A stretch of DNA of 32,000 bases from Schaalia odontolytica (GTDB lineage: Bacteria; Actinomycetota; Actinomycetes; Actinomycetales; Actinomycetaceae), in the NCBI RefSeq assembly GCF_005696695.1, contig NZ_CP040006.1:1350001-1382000 (forward strand), given 5' to 3'. Both the position numbers and the translations under genes were made by a program. Positions 15,737-24,564 of this stretch are shown piece by piece (the first letter of the stretch is position 1; each line of letters begins with the position of its first letter). The notes beneath the pieces were generated by a model, which worked only from the letters and a program-made list of their open reading frames with translations, was not told where the DNA came from and ran no database searches.

Positions 15737-17574
15737 CACCCCTGAGTCAGTCCCCGCAGCCAGAGGAACCGGCTGCGGGGACTCGCTTGCGCGTCGGCCA
15801 TACGGTCGCCGCGCATCGTTCCCTGCTCGGCGTGGCCGCCGCACTCGTTGGTGCGGTCGTCGGCGCGGCAGCCGTCGTCTTTAACCTCGCGATTCGCGCG
15901 TGGACGTGGGTGTCCACCGGCTTCGACGAGTACACGACCCATATCGGCCAGTCGCACGGCGTCTGGGGGTGGGCTCCGTGGCTCTTCCTGCTTCTCTCCC
16001 CCGCCATCGCCGGCCTGCTGTACGGGCCGCTCATCCAGCGCTTTGCTCCCTCCGCGAAGGGACACGGCATCCCCGAGGTGATGCTCGCGGTGCGCCGTAA
16101 GGGTGGGCGCATCCCGGGGCGCGTCGCCATCGTCAAGATCCTGGCCTCGGCCCTGACCATCGGCTCGGGCGGATCGGCGGGACGCGAGGGCCCAATCGTG
16201 CAGGTGGGCGCGTCGCTGGGATCCACCATCGCGTCGTGGCTGCGCATGCCCGTCTCCCGCGTGGTCCTGTTGGCCTCGTGCGGGTCGGCGGCCGGCATCG
16301 CTGCCACATTCCACGCTCCCCTCGCGGGCGCGGTGTTCGCCCTCGAGGTGATCCTCGTCGAGTTCACGGCCGAGACCTTCGGCTTTGTCGTCCTCTCAGC
16401 CGTCACATCCTCGGTGGTCGCGCGCATCCTGCAGGGCGACGAGATGGTCATTCGCGTCGCCGACAACCTGACCTTCGCGTCGATGTCGGACATCTGGTGG
16501 GTGGCGCTCCTCGGCCTCGTCGCGGGGCTGTGCGGCCTCGGCTTCTCCAAGCTCCTGTACGCCTCGGAGGACGCGATCGACTGGCTGTGGGCACGCACCC
16601 ATCTGCCCGAGTGGGCGCGTCCGGGCGTGCTCGGCCTCGCCCTCGGCACGGCTCTCGTTGCGTTCCCGTACATGTTCGGCTCGGGCTATCCGCTTGAGGA
16701 GGAGGCGATCGCGGGGAATTACTCGATCGCGTTCCTGCTGGCCCTCATGCTGGGCCGCGCTGTGTTCACGTCGTTCACCATTGGCATGGGCGGTTCGGGC
16801 GGTGTCTTCGCGCCCACGCTATTCATCGGCGCGATGGCGGGAGCCGCCTTCGGACACGTCGTCTCGCCTCTGTCGGATTCTCCCGTCGGGGTGTTCGCCG
16901 TGGTGGGCATGGGAGCCGCCTTCGCAGGTGCGGCGCGCGCCCCGATGACGGCGGTGCTCATCATCGTGGAGATGACCGGCCAGTTCTCGCTGATCCTGCC
17001 GATGATGCTCGCGGTCGTGATTGCAACGGGTGCCTCGCGTTTCCTCACCCGCGCGACGATCTACACGGAGAAGCTGCGCCGGCGCGGCGACGTCCTCGAC
17101 GACCCGGTCGAGGGCACGCTGCTCGGCACTCGCGCGGCGTCCGAGTGGATGACGGAGGCTCCCGAGACACTCCCGTGCGTGGCGAGCGCCGCGTCAGCGA
17201 TTGCCGCCCTGCGCCGCACGAAGGAGACGGTGCTGCCCGTCGTGAACGAGGACCGTTGCTTCGTGGGTCTCGTGTCGTCGCTGCGCCTGGCGGAGCTCAC
17301 GCAGGAGGACGGATCACTCGACGCACCCCTGTCGGATTTGCCTCTCATCAACGAGGCCGTGGCTGCCTCCGCTCCCCCGTCCGAGGTTCTCGGGGCGCTG
17401 CGGCGCACGGGCCTGCAGTCTTTGCCCGTCGTGGATGAGGGCCGACACGTCGTCGGCTGGGTCTCCGAGCGCGACCTGGTGGATCGCATGTACCGCGATC
17501 AGCGCCGCGCGATCGAGGCCCGCACGCAGACGTCGTGGGGCTCGCGCATGCAGGAACGCAGGAGAAGCCGCTAG
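15733..17574 (+). CDS. ClC-family chloride channel / H+-Cl- antiporter with C-terminal CBS pair, about 613 aa
   Basis: ClC signatures GHGIPEV, GSGGSAGREGP and GGVFAPTLFIG, plus two CBS-like repeats at the C-terminus. I chose the GTG start at 15733, which overlaps the peptidase stop as GTGA. The ORF-track start at 15652 would overlap the peptidase by 85 nt. Confidence 0.85.
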   Translation: MTPLSQSPQPEEPAAGTRLRVGHTVAAHRSLLGVAAALVGAVVGAAAVVFNLAIRAWTWVSTGFDEYTTHIGQSHGVWGWAPWLFLLLSPAIAGLLYGPLIQRFAPSAKGHGIPEVMLAVRRKGGRIPGRVAIVKILASALTIGSGGSAGREGPIVQVGASLGSTIASWLRMPVSRVVLLASCGSAAGIAATFHAPLAGAVFALEVILVEFTAETFGFVVLSAVTSSVVARILQGDEMVIRVADNLTFASMSDIWWVALLGLVAGLCGLGFSKLLYASEDAIDWLWARTHLPEWARPGVLGLALGTALVAFPYMFGSGYPLEEEAIAGNYSIAFLLALMLGRAVFTSFTIGMGGSGGVFAPTLFIGAMAGAAFGHVVSPLSDSPVGVFAVVGMGAAFAGAARAPMTAVLIIVEMTGQFSLILPMMLAVVIATGASRFLTRATIYTEKLRRRGDVLDDPVEGTLLGTRAASEWMTEAPETLPCVASAASAIAALRRTKETVLPVVNEDRCFVGLVSSLRLAELTQEDGSLDAPLSDLPLINEAVAASAPPSEVLGALRRTGLQSLPVVDEGRHVVGWVSERDLVDRMYRDQRRAIEARTQTSWGSRMQERRRSR

Positions 17575-18920
17575 CGGCTCAGCACCGAGACCATCTCCAC
17601 GTGGTGAGTATGCGGGAAGAGGTCCCACGCCTGCAGTGATTCGAGCTCGTATCCGGCCTCGGTGAGGGTGCGCAGGTCACGCGCGCCCGCCGCCGGGTCA
17701 CAGGACACCAGGACGACACGAGGGGCACCGGTGGCGGCAATCGCCTCGCACACCTCGGCTCCCGCACCGGCGCGCGGCGGGTCCGCCACGACAACGTCCG
17801 GCACGGCTCCCAGCTGGCCAGACAGGTCAACGACACCCTCGCGATCCACGTTTCCGGCGAACGCGTCCACCCAGTCGAACGCCGCGAGGTTCTCGCCGGC
17901 GTCGCGCACGGCACCCTCGTCACCCTCGAGCGTCACAACGCGGCCCGACTCGCCGACGGCGCGCGCGAGCGGCACGGAGAACAGGCCAGCACCCGAGTAC
18001 AGCTCCATGACCGCGCGACCAGCCGCGGCCTCGCCTGCGCCGAATGCAGCAGCCAGCACGGCGTTCGCGAGCACCTCGGCGCCACGCACGTGCGTCTGCC
18101 AGAAACCGGAGGGCCGCACGTAGTACGACTCGACGCCGGAGCCGACGGGCACATTCCAGCGCAAGACATCGGCGTCGATGCGCACGCCGTCGGCGGCGTA
18201 CGTGTCATCGCCGATCAGGACGACGGGGTCGCCGCCGGAGGGGGCCACCGCGCGCACGCGATCACCCGGCTTCCACAGGCGACGCCACGGCGTGTCCTCA
18301 TCGAAGAGTCCGAGTTCGCGGATCGCGGGGACAGCCAGCGGCATGTCCTCAAGCGCGATCACGCGTCGTCCGCGGAACTCGTGCATGCCGGCGCGCCCAT
18401 CCGCATCGATAACGACGTCAATGCGAGAGCGGCGGCCGGTCAGCGAATCGCCCGGATCCTCGTCACCGGGCGCAGGAGCGACACGCACTCCACCGAGGGC
18501 GTCCAGGACCTCGGACAAGGCCTCGCCGCCCACGCGGCGCAGCTGACCGGCAATGACGCGAGACTTCCAGTCGCGCTGTGCGGCGGGCGTCAGGTGCGCG
18601 AGCTCCCCGCCGCCGACGCCTCCCGGACCGGCCTGGGGCCAGACGGAGTCGACGCGGTCGGCCGAGGCCTCGACGACCTCAATGGCATCCGCCCACGCGA
18701 GCTTTTTCTGGACGGCGGTCACCCGCGCACGAACCACCTCGCCGGGCGCCGCGTGGCGCACGAAGACGACACGCCCGCTCTCGTCGCGGGCAACGCACGC
18801 ACCACCGTGCGCGGGCTCGCCGACGCTCAGCTGGAGGATCTCGCCGATCCCCTCGCGGGGCTGCGCGGATGCGGTGCGACGGCGCGGGGAGGGACGACGA
18901 CGGGAGGGACGGGGGCTCAT
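17571..18920 (-). CDS. Class I SAM-dependent RNA (uracil-5) methyltransferase, TrmA/RlmD family with TRAM domain (Rv2689c-like), 449 aa
   Basis: An N-terminal TRAM-like OB region, SAM motif ELYSGAGLFS, DPPRAG, and the catalytic-Cys block LVSCDP. The start overlaps the upstream permease stop as ATGA. Confidence 0.85.
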   Translation of the reverse strand: MSPRPSRRRPSPRRRTASAQPREGIGEILQLSVGEPAHGGACVARDESGRVVFVRHAAPGEVVRARVTAVQKKLAWADAIEVVEASADRVDSVWPQAGPGGVGGGELAHLTPAAQRDWKSRVIAGQLRRVGGEALSEVLDALGGVRVAPAPGDEDPGDSLTGRRSRIDVVIDADGRAGMHEFRGRRVIALEDMPLAVPAIRELGLFDEDTPWRRLWKPGDRVRAVAPSGGDPVVLIGDDTYAADGVRIDADVLRWNVPVGSGVESYYVRPSGFWQTHVRGAEVLANAVLAAAFGAGEAAAGRAVMELYSGAGLFSVPLARAVGESGRVVTLEGDEGAVRDAGENLAAFDWVDAFAGNVDREGVVDLSGQLGAVPDVVVADPPRAGAGAEVCEAIAATGAPRVVLVSCDPAAGARDLRTLTEAGYELESLQAWDLFPHTHHVEMVSVLSR

Positions 18921-20992
18921 GAGTTCTCCTCGGAGGCGCTATCGCTGCGAGTGTCGCCGGGCTGCTCGGTACGCAACTTCGGTTCATCTGAAGGCGGGGC
19001 AACGCGCGCAAACGGGTCGTTGACGCGCTGGCGACCCTCCACAACGTCGTCCTCGCCGAGCTGCCAGGGGACGACGGTAATCACCACGCCGGGAACGCCA
19101 AGGAGCGCGGCGCGCAGGCGCAGGGCCGACTGGTTGTGCACGAAGTTCTCCCACCAGTGGGTGACGAGGAACTGCGGCATGTAGACCACGAGCATCTCGG
19201 TGGGCATCGCACGGCGACGCCCACGCACGTACTGCAGGATGACCGAGGCGATGTCACGGTAGGGCGCGGACAGGAGCGTCAGCGGCACGGGAACACCGGA
19301 GGCCTTCCACTGGCGCAGGATCTTGTTCTCTTCCTCGTCATCGGCAACGACGGAGACGAGCTCGATCGACGTCGGCGAGGACGCGCGAGCTGCCGCGATC
19401 GCTCGCATGGCGGGGCGCGACAGGGAGGACACGAGGACGAGGGCACGCACACGGGTCGGCAGGGCGCGGCGCGCATTCCAGTCGTCCACGCGCAGCTGCG
19501 AGCGGATCGTCTCGTAGTGGTGGTGGATCGAAATCTGGAGGCCGAAGACGATCGCAATCATCAGCAGGGTGATCCACGCGCCGTGCGTGAACTTCGTAGC
19601 CAGGACGATGATGAGCACGAGGCCGGTCATCATGAAGCCGACGATGTTGACGGCGCGCGAGCGCAGGACGGACATGCGTTCCTGGCCGGACTGGCGCGTG
19701 CGCAGCTGCCGGTTCCAGTGCTTGATCATGCCCAGCTGCGAGAGCGTGAAGGAAATGAATACACCGACGACGTAGAGCTGGATGAGGCGCGTCGTCTGGG
19801 CCTGGAAGCCGACGATCAGCGCGATCGCTGCGGCCGTCAGGACGACGATACCGTTCGAGTACGACAGTCGGTCGCCGCGGCGCACCATCTGGTGGGGCAG
19901 GAAGGAATCGCGCGACAGGACGGATGCCAGCGTCGGGAAGCCGTTGAACGCCGTGTTGCCCGCGAGCACCAGGATGAAGCCAGTGACGACGGTGATGAGG
20001 ATGAAGAGGATCGATCCCTGACCGAACACCGCGGAGGCGATCTGCGAGATCGCCGGATCGATCGGCGTGTTCTCCGGGACGGGCGCGCCCTGGTAAGTCA
20101 GCTGGGTTGCGGCATCGTCGACGATCTTCACGCCGGTCGCGCGCGCCAGCACAAGGATCGAGATCATCATTGAGGCGGCGATCAGACCGAGCATCGCCAG
20201 CGTCGTCGCCGCGTTGCGGGACTTGGGGCGACGGAACATGGGCACGCCGTTGGAGATGGCCTCGACGCCGGTGAGCGCGGCACAGCCCGAGGAGAACGCG
20301 CGCATGAGCAGGAAGGCTCCCGCGAGCCCCGCCAGGCCGTCGGCGTTGCCAGGAGCAGCCACGAGGTCGTAGGCGGCCGTGGGCGACTCCCCGAGGTGTC
20401 CCGTCGCCATCTTCGCGAAACCGACGACGACCATCAGGCCGATGGCACCCATGTACAGGTAGGTGGGCACGGCGAACGCGCCACCGGCCTCGCGCGTGCC
20501 GCGCAGGTTCAGGGTCGCCAGGATGACGACGAGCGCGACCGCGATCGGCACCTCATGGCCGAGGAGAGCCGGAACGGCGGTCGTAATGTAGCTGGCGCCC
20601 GACGAGATCGAGACGGCGACCGTCAGGATGTAGTCGACCAGCAGTGCCGAGGCAACGAGCAGGCCCCAGGAACGGCCCAGGTTCGTGGTCACAACCTCGT
20701 AGTCGCCGCCGCCCGACGGGTAGGCGTGCACCGTCTGACGGTACGACGCGACCACGACCGCGAGCACGAGCGCGACAACGACGCCCACCCACACGGACTG
20801 AAGCGCGGCCATCGAACCGGCGAGCGCAAGGGTGAGGAGGACTTCGTCCGGCGCGTAGGCGACGGACGACAGCGCGTCCGACGCGAAGATCGGCAGGGCG
20901 ATTCGTTTGGGGAGAAGCTGGTGGCCCATCGCGTCCGATCGCATCGGGCGCCCGATGAGCACGCGCTTTGCGTAGGCCAACAAGTTCGTCAC
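18917..20992 (-). CDS. APC-superfamily permease with a long cytoplasmic C-terminal domain (Rv2690c-like), about 691 aa
   Basis: About 12 hydrophobic segments, an N-terminal block LLPKRIALPIFASDALSSVAYAPDE, and a soluble tail of about 200 aa. The start is uncertain: I chose GTG 20992 (VTNLLAYAKR...), while the ORF extends to 21043. Confidence 0.8.
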   Translation of the reverse strand: MTNLLAYAKRVLIGRPMRSDAMGHQLLPKRIALPIFASDALSSVAYAPDEVLLTLALAGSMAALQSVWVGVVVALVLAVVVASYRQTVHAYPSGGGDYEVVTTNLGRSWGLLVASALLVDYILTVAVSISSGASYITTAVPALLGHEVPIAVALVVILATLNLRGTREAGGAFAVPTYLYMGAIGLMVVVGFAKMATGHLGESPTAAYDLVAAPGNADGLAGLAGAFLLMRAFSSGCAALTGVEAISNGVPMFRRPKSRNAATTLAMLGLIAASMMISILVLARATGVKIVDDAATQLTYQGAPVPENTPIDPAISQIASAVFGQGSILFILITVVTGFILVLAGNTAFNGFPTLASVLSRDSFLPHQMVRRGDRLSYSNGIVVLTAAAIALIVGFQAQTTRLIQLYVVGVFISFTLSQLGMIKHWNRQLRTRQSGQERMSVLRSRAVNIVGFMMTGLVLIIVLATKFTHGAWITLLMIAIVFGLQISIHHHYETIRSQLRVDDWNARRALPTRVRALVLVSSLSRPAMRAIAAARASSPTSIELVSVVADDEEENKILRQWKASGVPVPLTLLSAPYRDIASVILQYVRGRRRAMPTEMLVVYMPQFLVTHWWENFVHNQSALRLRAALLGVPGVVITVVPWQLGEDDVVEGRQRVNDPFARVAPPSDEPKLRTEQPGDTRSDSASEENS

Positions 20993-21073
20993 GGATGTTA
21001 AGCGTAGTCCACCGAGCCTGACACTGGCAGCGCCGAAGCGCACGCATGGCTATTACGCGAGGACCGGAGTACT

Positions 21074-21748
21074 TTGGTAGTCGTGCACTTTGTGATCATG
21101 GGTTGCGGGCGCGTCGGCGCTCGCCTGGCATCGACGTTGGACGCCGCGGGTCATTCCGTGGCGGTTATTGACCAGGATTCCAAGGCTTTCTCCCGCCTCT
21201 CGCCGGACTTTTCCGGCCGTCGCGTGACGGGCGTGGGCATGGACCGCGACTGCCTGCGTCAAGCGAACATCAAGGACGCGTACGCGTTTGCGGCTGTCTC
21301 GTCGGGTGATAACTCGAACATTATCGCCGCGCGCGTCGCACGTGAGGTATTCCACGTCGAGCACGTGGTCGCACGCATCTACGACCCCACGCGCGCCTAT
21401 TTGTACGAACGCCTCGGCATTCCGACGGTCGCCTCGGTGCAGCGCACCGCCGAGTCGGTGATGCGTCGCCTACTTCCTCCGGACGCGTCGCTCATCTGGT
21501 CTCACCCGACCGGAGAGGTCGGCCTCGTCAATGCGACGCCCTCCCCCGGCTGGTACGGCCTGAGCTTCCAGGTCGTCGAGGAGCTCACGGGCTGCCGCGT
21601 CGTCTTCACGTCGCGCTTGGGATCCATCCGCACCGCGTCGCCGGACCTCGTGGTCCAGGAGCACGATCAGCTGTACTTCGCGATCAACGGAACCGAGACC
21701 GCGCAGCTGCGCGACCAGTTGGCTAACCCGCCCAAGACGGAGGTGTGA
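21074..21748 (+). CDS. trkA: TrkA-family potassium-uptake regulatory protein (RCK; CeoB-like), 224 aa
   Basis: Rossmann motif FVIMGCGRVG and an RCK_N/RCK_C layout. The start is either TTG 21074 (GGAG 4 nt upstream) or GTG 21083. Confidence 0.85.
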   Translation: MVVVHFVIMGCGRVGARLASTLDAAGHSVAVIDQDSKAFSRLSPDFSGRRVTGVGMDRDCLRQANIKDAYAFAAVSSGDNSNIIAARVAREVFHVEHVVARIYDPTRAYLYERLGIPTVASVQRTAESVMRRLLPPDASLIWSHPTGEVGLVNATPSPGWYGLSFQVVEELTGCRVVFTSRLGSIRTASPDLVVQEHDQLYFAINGTETAQLRDQLANPPKTEV

Positions 21749-21750
21749 GC

Positions 21751-22455
21751 ATGAAGATTGTGATTGCTGGAGCCGGATCGGTGGGCCGCAGCGTCGCCCT
21801 GGAGCTGCTCGCTCACGGCCACGACATCACCCTGATCGACAACATGCCTGAGAAACTGCGCATTTCGTCCGTGGCAGACGCGGACTGGGTGCTCGCCGAC
21901 GCGTGCTCGCCTGACGCGCTGCGCGACGCGGGCGTGGCTGAGGCCGACGTCATGGTCGCCGCGACCGGCGACGACAAGGCAAATCTGGTGATCTCCCTGC
22001 TGGCAAAGACCGAGTTCGCGGTCCCCCGCGTCGTCGCGCGTCTGAACAACCCGAAGAACGAGTGGCTGTTCGATCAGGCGTGGGGCGTGGACGTGTCCGT
22101 GTCGACGCCGCGCATCATGACCTCCCTCGTCGAAGAGGCTGTGTCGGTGGGCGTGCCGGTGCGCTTGTTCTCTTTCAACACGGCGGCCGTGTCGATGCAC
22201 GCGCTCATCCTGCCGGAGGATTCCCCGGTCGTGGGCAAGCGCGTCCATTCCCTGCAGCTGCCGGCACGCTCGGTCCTCGCCGCGCTGCTGCGCGACGGCC
22301 GTCCGATCACGCCGAGCGCCGACGACGTGTTCGAGGCCTCCGATGAGCTCCTGCTCCTCGTGCCCGATGCGGACATCGCCGAGCTGCAGGAGCTGCGTCA
22401 GTTGGTCGCGTCCCCTGTCTCGGAGGAGTCCGAGGACGAGGAAGGCGAGGAGTAA
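21751..22455 (+). CDS. trkA: TrkA-family potassium-uptake regulatory protein (RCK; CeoC-like), 234 aa
   Basis: MKIVIAGAGSVGRS Rossmann motif. ATG 21751 is preceded by GGAGGTG. The tail is acidic (SEESEDEEGEE). Confidence 0.88.
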   Translation: MKIVIAGAGSVGRSVALELLAHGHDITLIDNMPEKLRISSVADADWVLADACSPDALRDAGVAEADVMVAATGDDKANLVISLLAKTEFAVPRVVARLNNPKNEWLFDQAWGVDVSVSTPRIMTSLVEEAVSVGVPVRLFSFNTAAVSMHALILPEDSPVVGKRVHSLQLPARSVLAALLRDGRPITPSADDVFEASDELLLLVPDADIAELQELRQLVASPVSEESEDEEGEE

Positions 22456-23072
22456 TCCTTCAGCTTCCACCAGGTGGCCCAGGCTCCCAGCGCGAAGAGC
22501 GGGAGTCCGAGGGCCAGCTTGGCAACACCGAGAGCAGCGACCTGGCCGGCGAGCCACAAGGGTGCCTGCACGGCGACGCGCAGCGCGAAGATTCCCGCCC
22601 ACATCCACGTGATCGCAGCGCAGCTGCGGCGCAGGGACGCGTAGGCGGGGTCGGACTGCCAGCCCTTCACCAGGCCGGTCAGCGGACCGTAAAACTGGGC
22701 GACGAGGCTTCTCCCGCACAGGACGGACAGAGCGAAAGCTAGGGCCATGGCCACGTTCGTGGCGATGCCCCAGACGAAGTAGTTTTCTCCCCGCCCGGTC
22801 GCCGCCGCGAAGATGACACCGATGGCGACTCCAAACAGGCCGGAGAGAGCCTGCGCCATCCCCTGGCGTTGGACGAGGCGGATCCCGCAGGCAAGCAACG
22901 CGACGGCCGAGGCCGCGATGAGCGTCGGCACGAGGGCGCGCGTGGCCACAAAAACGATGACGAAGAGGAGTCCGGGCGCGGTGGCTTCAATGACGCCGCG
23001 TGTGCCGCCCAGGGCTCGTGACCAGGAGAATTCCTCAGAGGTGGCCTGATCCATCCAGCGAGGAGTCGGCAT
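22398..23072 (-). CDS. DUF3159-family integral membrane protein (Rv2693c-like), 224 aa
   Basis: Multiple TM segments and a conserved position downstream of the OB-fold gene. The start overlaps the upstream stop (TGATG). Confidence 0.75.
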   Translation of the reverse strand: MPTPRWMDQATSEEFSWSRALGGTRGVIEATAPGLLFVIVFVATRALVPTLIAASAVALLACGIRLVQRQGMAQALSGLFGVAIGVIFAAATGRGENYFVWGIATNVAMALAFALSVLCGRSLVAQFYGPLTGLVKGWQSDPAYASLRRSCAAITWMWAGIFALRVAVQAPLWLAGQVAALGVAKLALGLPLFALGAWATWWKLKDYSSPSSSSDSSETGDATN

Positions 23073-23461
23073 CAGCCCTCCCCCGCGATCACGCGGTACA
23101 GCGGGTTGATGATGACGAGGCGTTCACCCACGCGTCCGACGGTGCCTTCGACCTCGAGTCGCTGGCCGACGCTGAGTCCCGGAATGGAGGAGCGTCCGGG
23201 CCAGCGCAGTTCGAGCGTGTCAGTGCCGTCGTAGAGGGTCGCGACGAGGACACGCTGGGCACCCTCCTCGGGCGGATACGTCATGCCCAGCAGCGTGCCG
23301 AACACGAGTGCGTGAGAGCGGTCGGTCACGTCGCGAATCGGCGTGACACCGCGGGCGGCGCGCGCCAAGTCTTCGTCAAGAGCTGCGTCCAGGGAACGCG
23401 TGTCCTTGTCGAGGCCGAGCGCAGCGCCGACCTTAGCGAACCACGAGGCCATGTCAGGCAT
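23072..23461 (-). CDS. OB-fold nucleic-acid-binding domain protein (Rv2694c-like), about 129 aa
   Basis: The C-terminal 129 aa (MPDMASWFAKVG...LEVEGTVGRVGERLVIINPLYRV) look protein-like. The upstream part of the 248-aa ORF is Arg/Cys/Thr-rich and overlaps the DUF3710 gene in another frame. Alternative start at ATG 23452. Confidence 0.7.
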   Translation of the reverse strand: MPDMASWFAKVGAALGLDKDTRSLDAALDEDLARAARGVTPIRDVTDRSHALVFGTLLGMTYPPEEGAQRVLVATLYDGTDTLELRWPGRSSIPGLSVGQRLEVEGTVGRVGERLVIINPLYRVIAGEG

Positions 23462-24086
23462 CCTGAGCACCCGCGGGCAGGTGCACCGGCAGCAGCTCCA
23501 GGCGGGTGCGCGGGTAGTCGTCACGACGCACGACGATGCGGTCGATGACCTTCTCGATGTCGGCACCGGCTTCCGCGGTGGCAGCGGCCGGTCCGAGGAT
23601 ATCGATGCGCGCGAACCAGCGGTCGCCTTCACGACCGATGATGCGCATGCGCGAGGTCGCGGAGCGGCCGTCGGGCATCTGCATCGGCATGTCGACGAGC
23701 AGCTCGTTGCCGTAACGCGTCGGGTAGTCGGCGACCTTGGCACCCTGATCTTCGAAGCCCTTACGGATTTCTTCGCGCAGCTCCTCCCACACGCCGCCGG
23801 AACGGGGTGCGGCTGCAACGCTCATCTGGATGCCGGAGTTTCCGAGCACGACGAGGATCTGCAGGACGGTCGTGCCGTCGTCTGCGACCTGGGTGCGCAG
23901 CTGCATGCCCTGAACCGCGGGGAACAGGATGGACCCCATATCGACGTAGCCGTCGGTGGTGTCGACCTCCCCGTAGTTACGCGGGCCGGGCTCGCTCCAA
24001 ATCGCAGCGTCTTCGTCGCTCAGGCGAGGCAGGGCCTCGACCTCTTCGATCTCTTCTTCGACAGTCTTCTTCTTGCGTCCGAACAT
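23454..24086 (-). CDS. DUF3710-family protein (Rv2696c-like), 210 aa
   Basis: Acidic soluble protein (MFGRKKKTVEEEIEEVE...GPRNYGEVD...GYVDMGSI...) in the conserved actinobacterial gene order. Confidence 0.75.
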   Translation of the reverse strand: MFGRKKKTVEEEIEEVEALPRLSDEDAAIWSEPGPRNYGEVDTTDGYVDMGSILFPAVQGMQLRTQVADDGTTVLQILVVLGNSGIQMSVAAAPRSGGVWEELREEIRKGFEDQGAKVADYPTRYGNELLVDMPMQMPDGRSATSRMRIIGREGDRWFARIDILGPAAATAEAGADIEKVIDRIVVRRDDYPRTRLELLPVHLPAGAQDA

Positions 24087-24095
24087 CGTCCTACC

Positions 24096-24398
24096 TCACA
24101 TCGCGCACTCGGTGCACACGGGGGCGCCGTTGGCGTCCACGTGGTCGAGCTGCGACGCGTGGTGCACGAGGAAGCACTGCGAGCAGGTGAATTCGTCTTC
24201 CTGGCGGGGAACGACGTGGACCGTCAGTTCCTCCTTTGACAGGTCCGCGCCGGGAAGCTCGAAATTCTCAGCCGCTTCGTTTTCGTCTTCTTCGATCTCG
24301 GCGGAGCCGGCGTCGTTGCGACGGGACTTCAGCTCTTCGATCGAGTCCTCTGCGACCTCGTCTTCGTTCTTGCGCGGCGCATCGTAATCGGTTGCCAT
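24096..24398 (-). CDS. DUF4193-family small acidic zinc-ribbon protein (Rv2699c-like), 100 aa
   Basis: MATDYDAPRKNEDE..., an acidic N-terminal half, and a C-terminal CxxC...CxxC (FTCSQCF...VCTECA). Confidence 0.8.
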   Translation of the reverse strand: MATDYDAPRKNEDEVAEDSIEELKSRRNDAGSAEIEEDENEAAENFELPGADLSKEELTVHVVPRQEDEFTCSQCFLVHHASQLDHVDANGAPVCTECAM

Positions 24399-24564
24399 GG
24401 TTCTCCCCTTTCGCCTCTCGAGCCGGTTTGCGCGAGTGGTCTATGCGCAGGGAGGATAACACTTGTGAGAGTAATGTGCCATCGTATGTGTGACACGCGC
24501 CCAGCTACGCGACATTCTGCGCATTATTTGAGACGATTCGACCTAGACGTTTGAGGAGGAAGTG

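Noticed and set aside
23462-23818. N-terminal extension of the OB-fold protein ORF (248-aa version)
   Set aside because: The extension is Arg/Cys/Ser/Thr-rich and fully overlaps the well-formed DUF3710 gene in another frame. Internal ATGs at 23461 and 23452 sit exactly at the DUF3710 stop.
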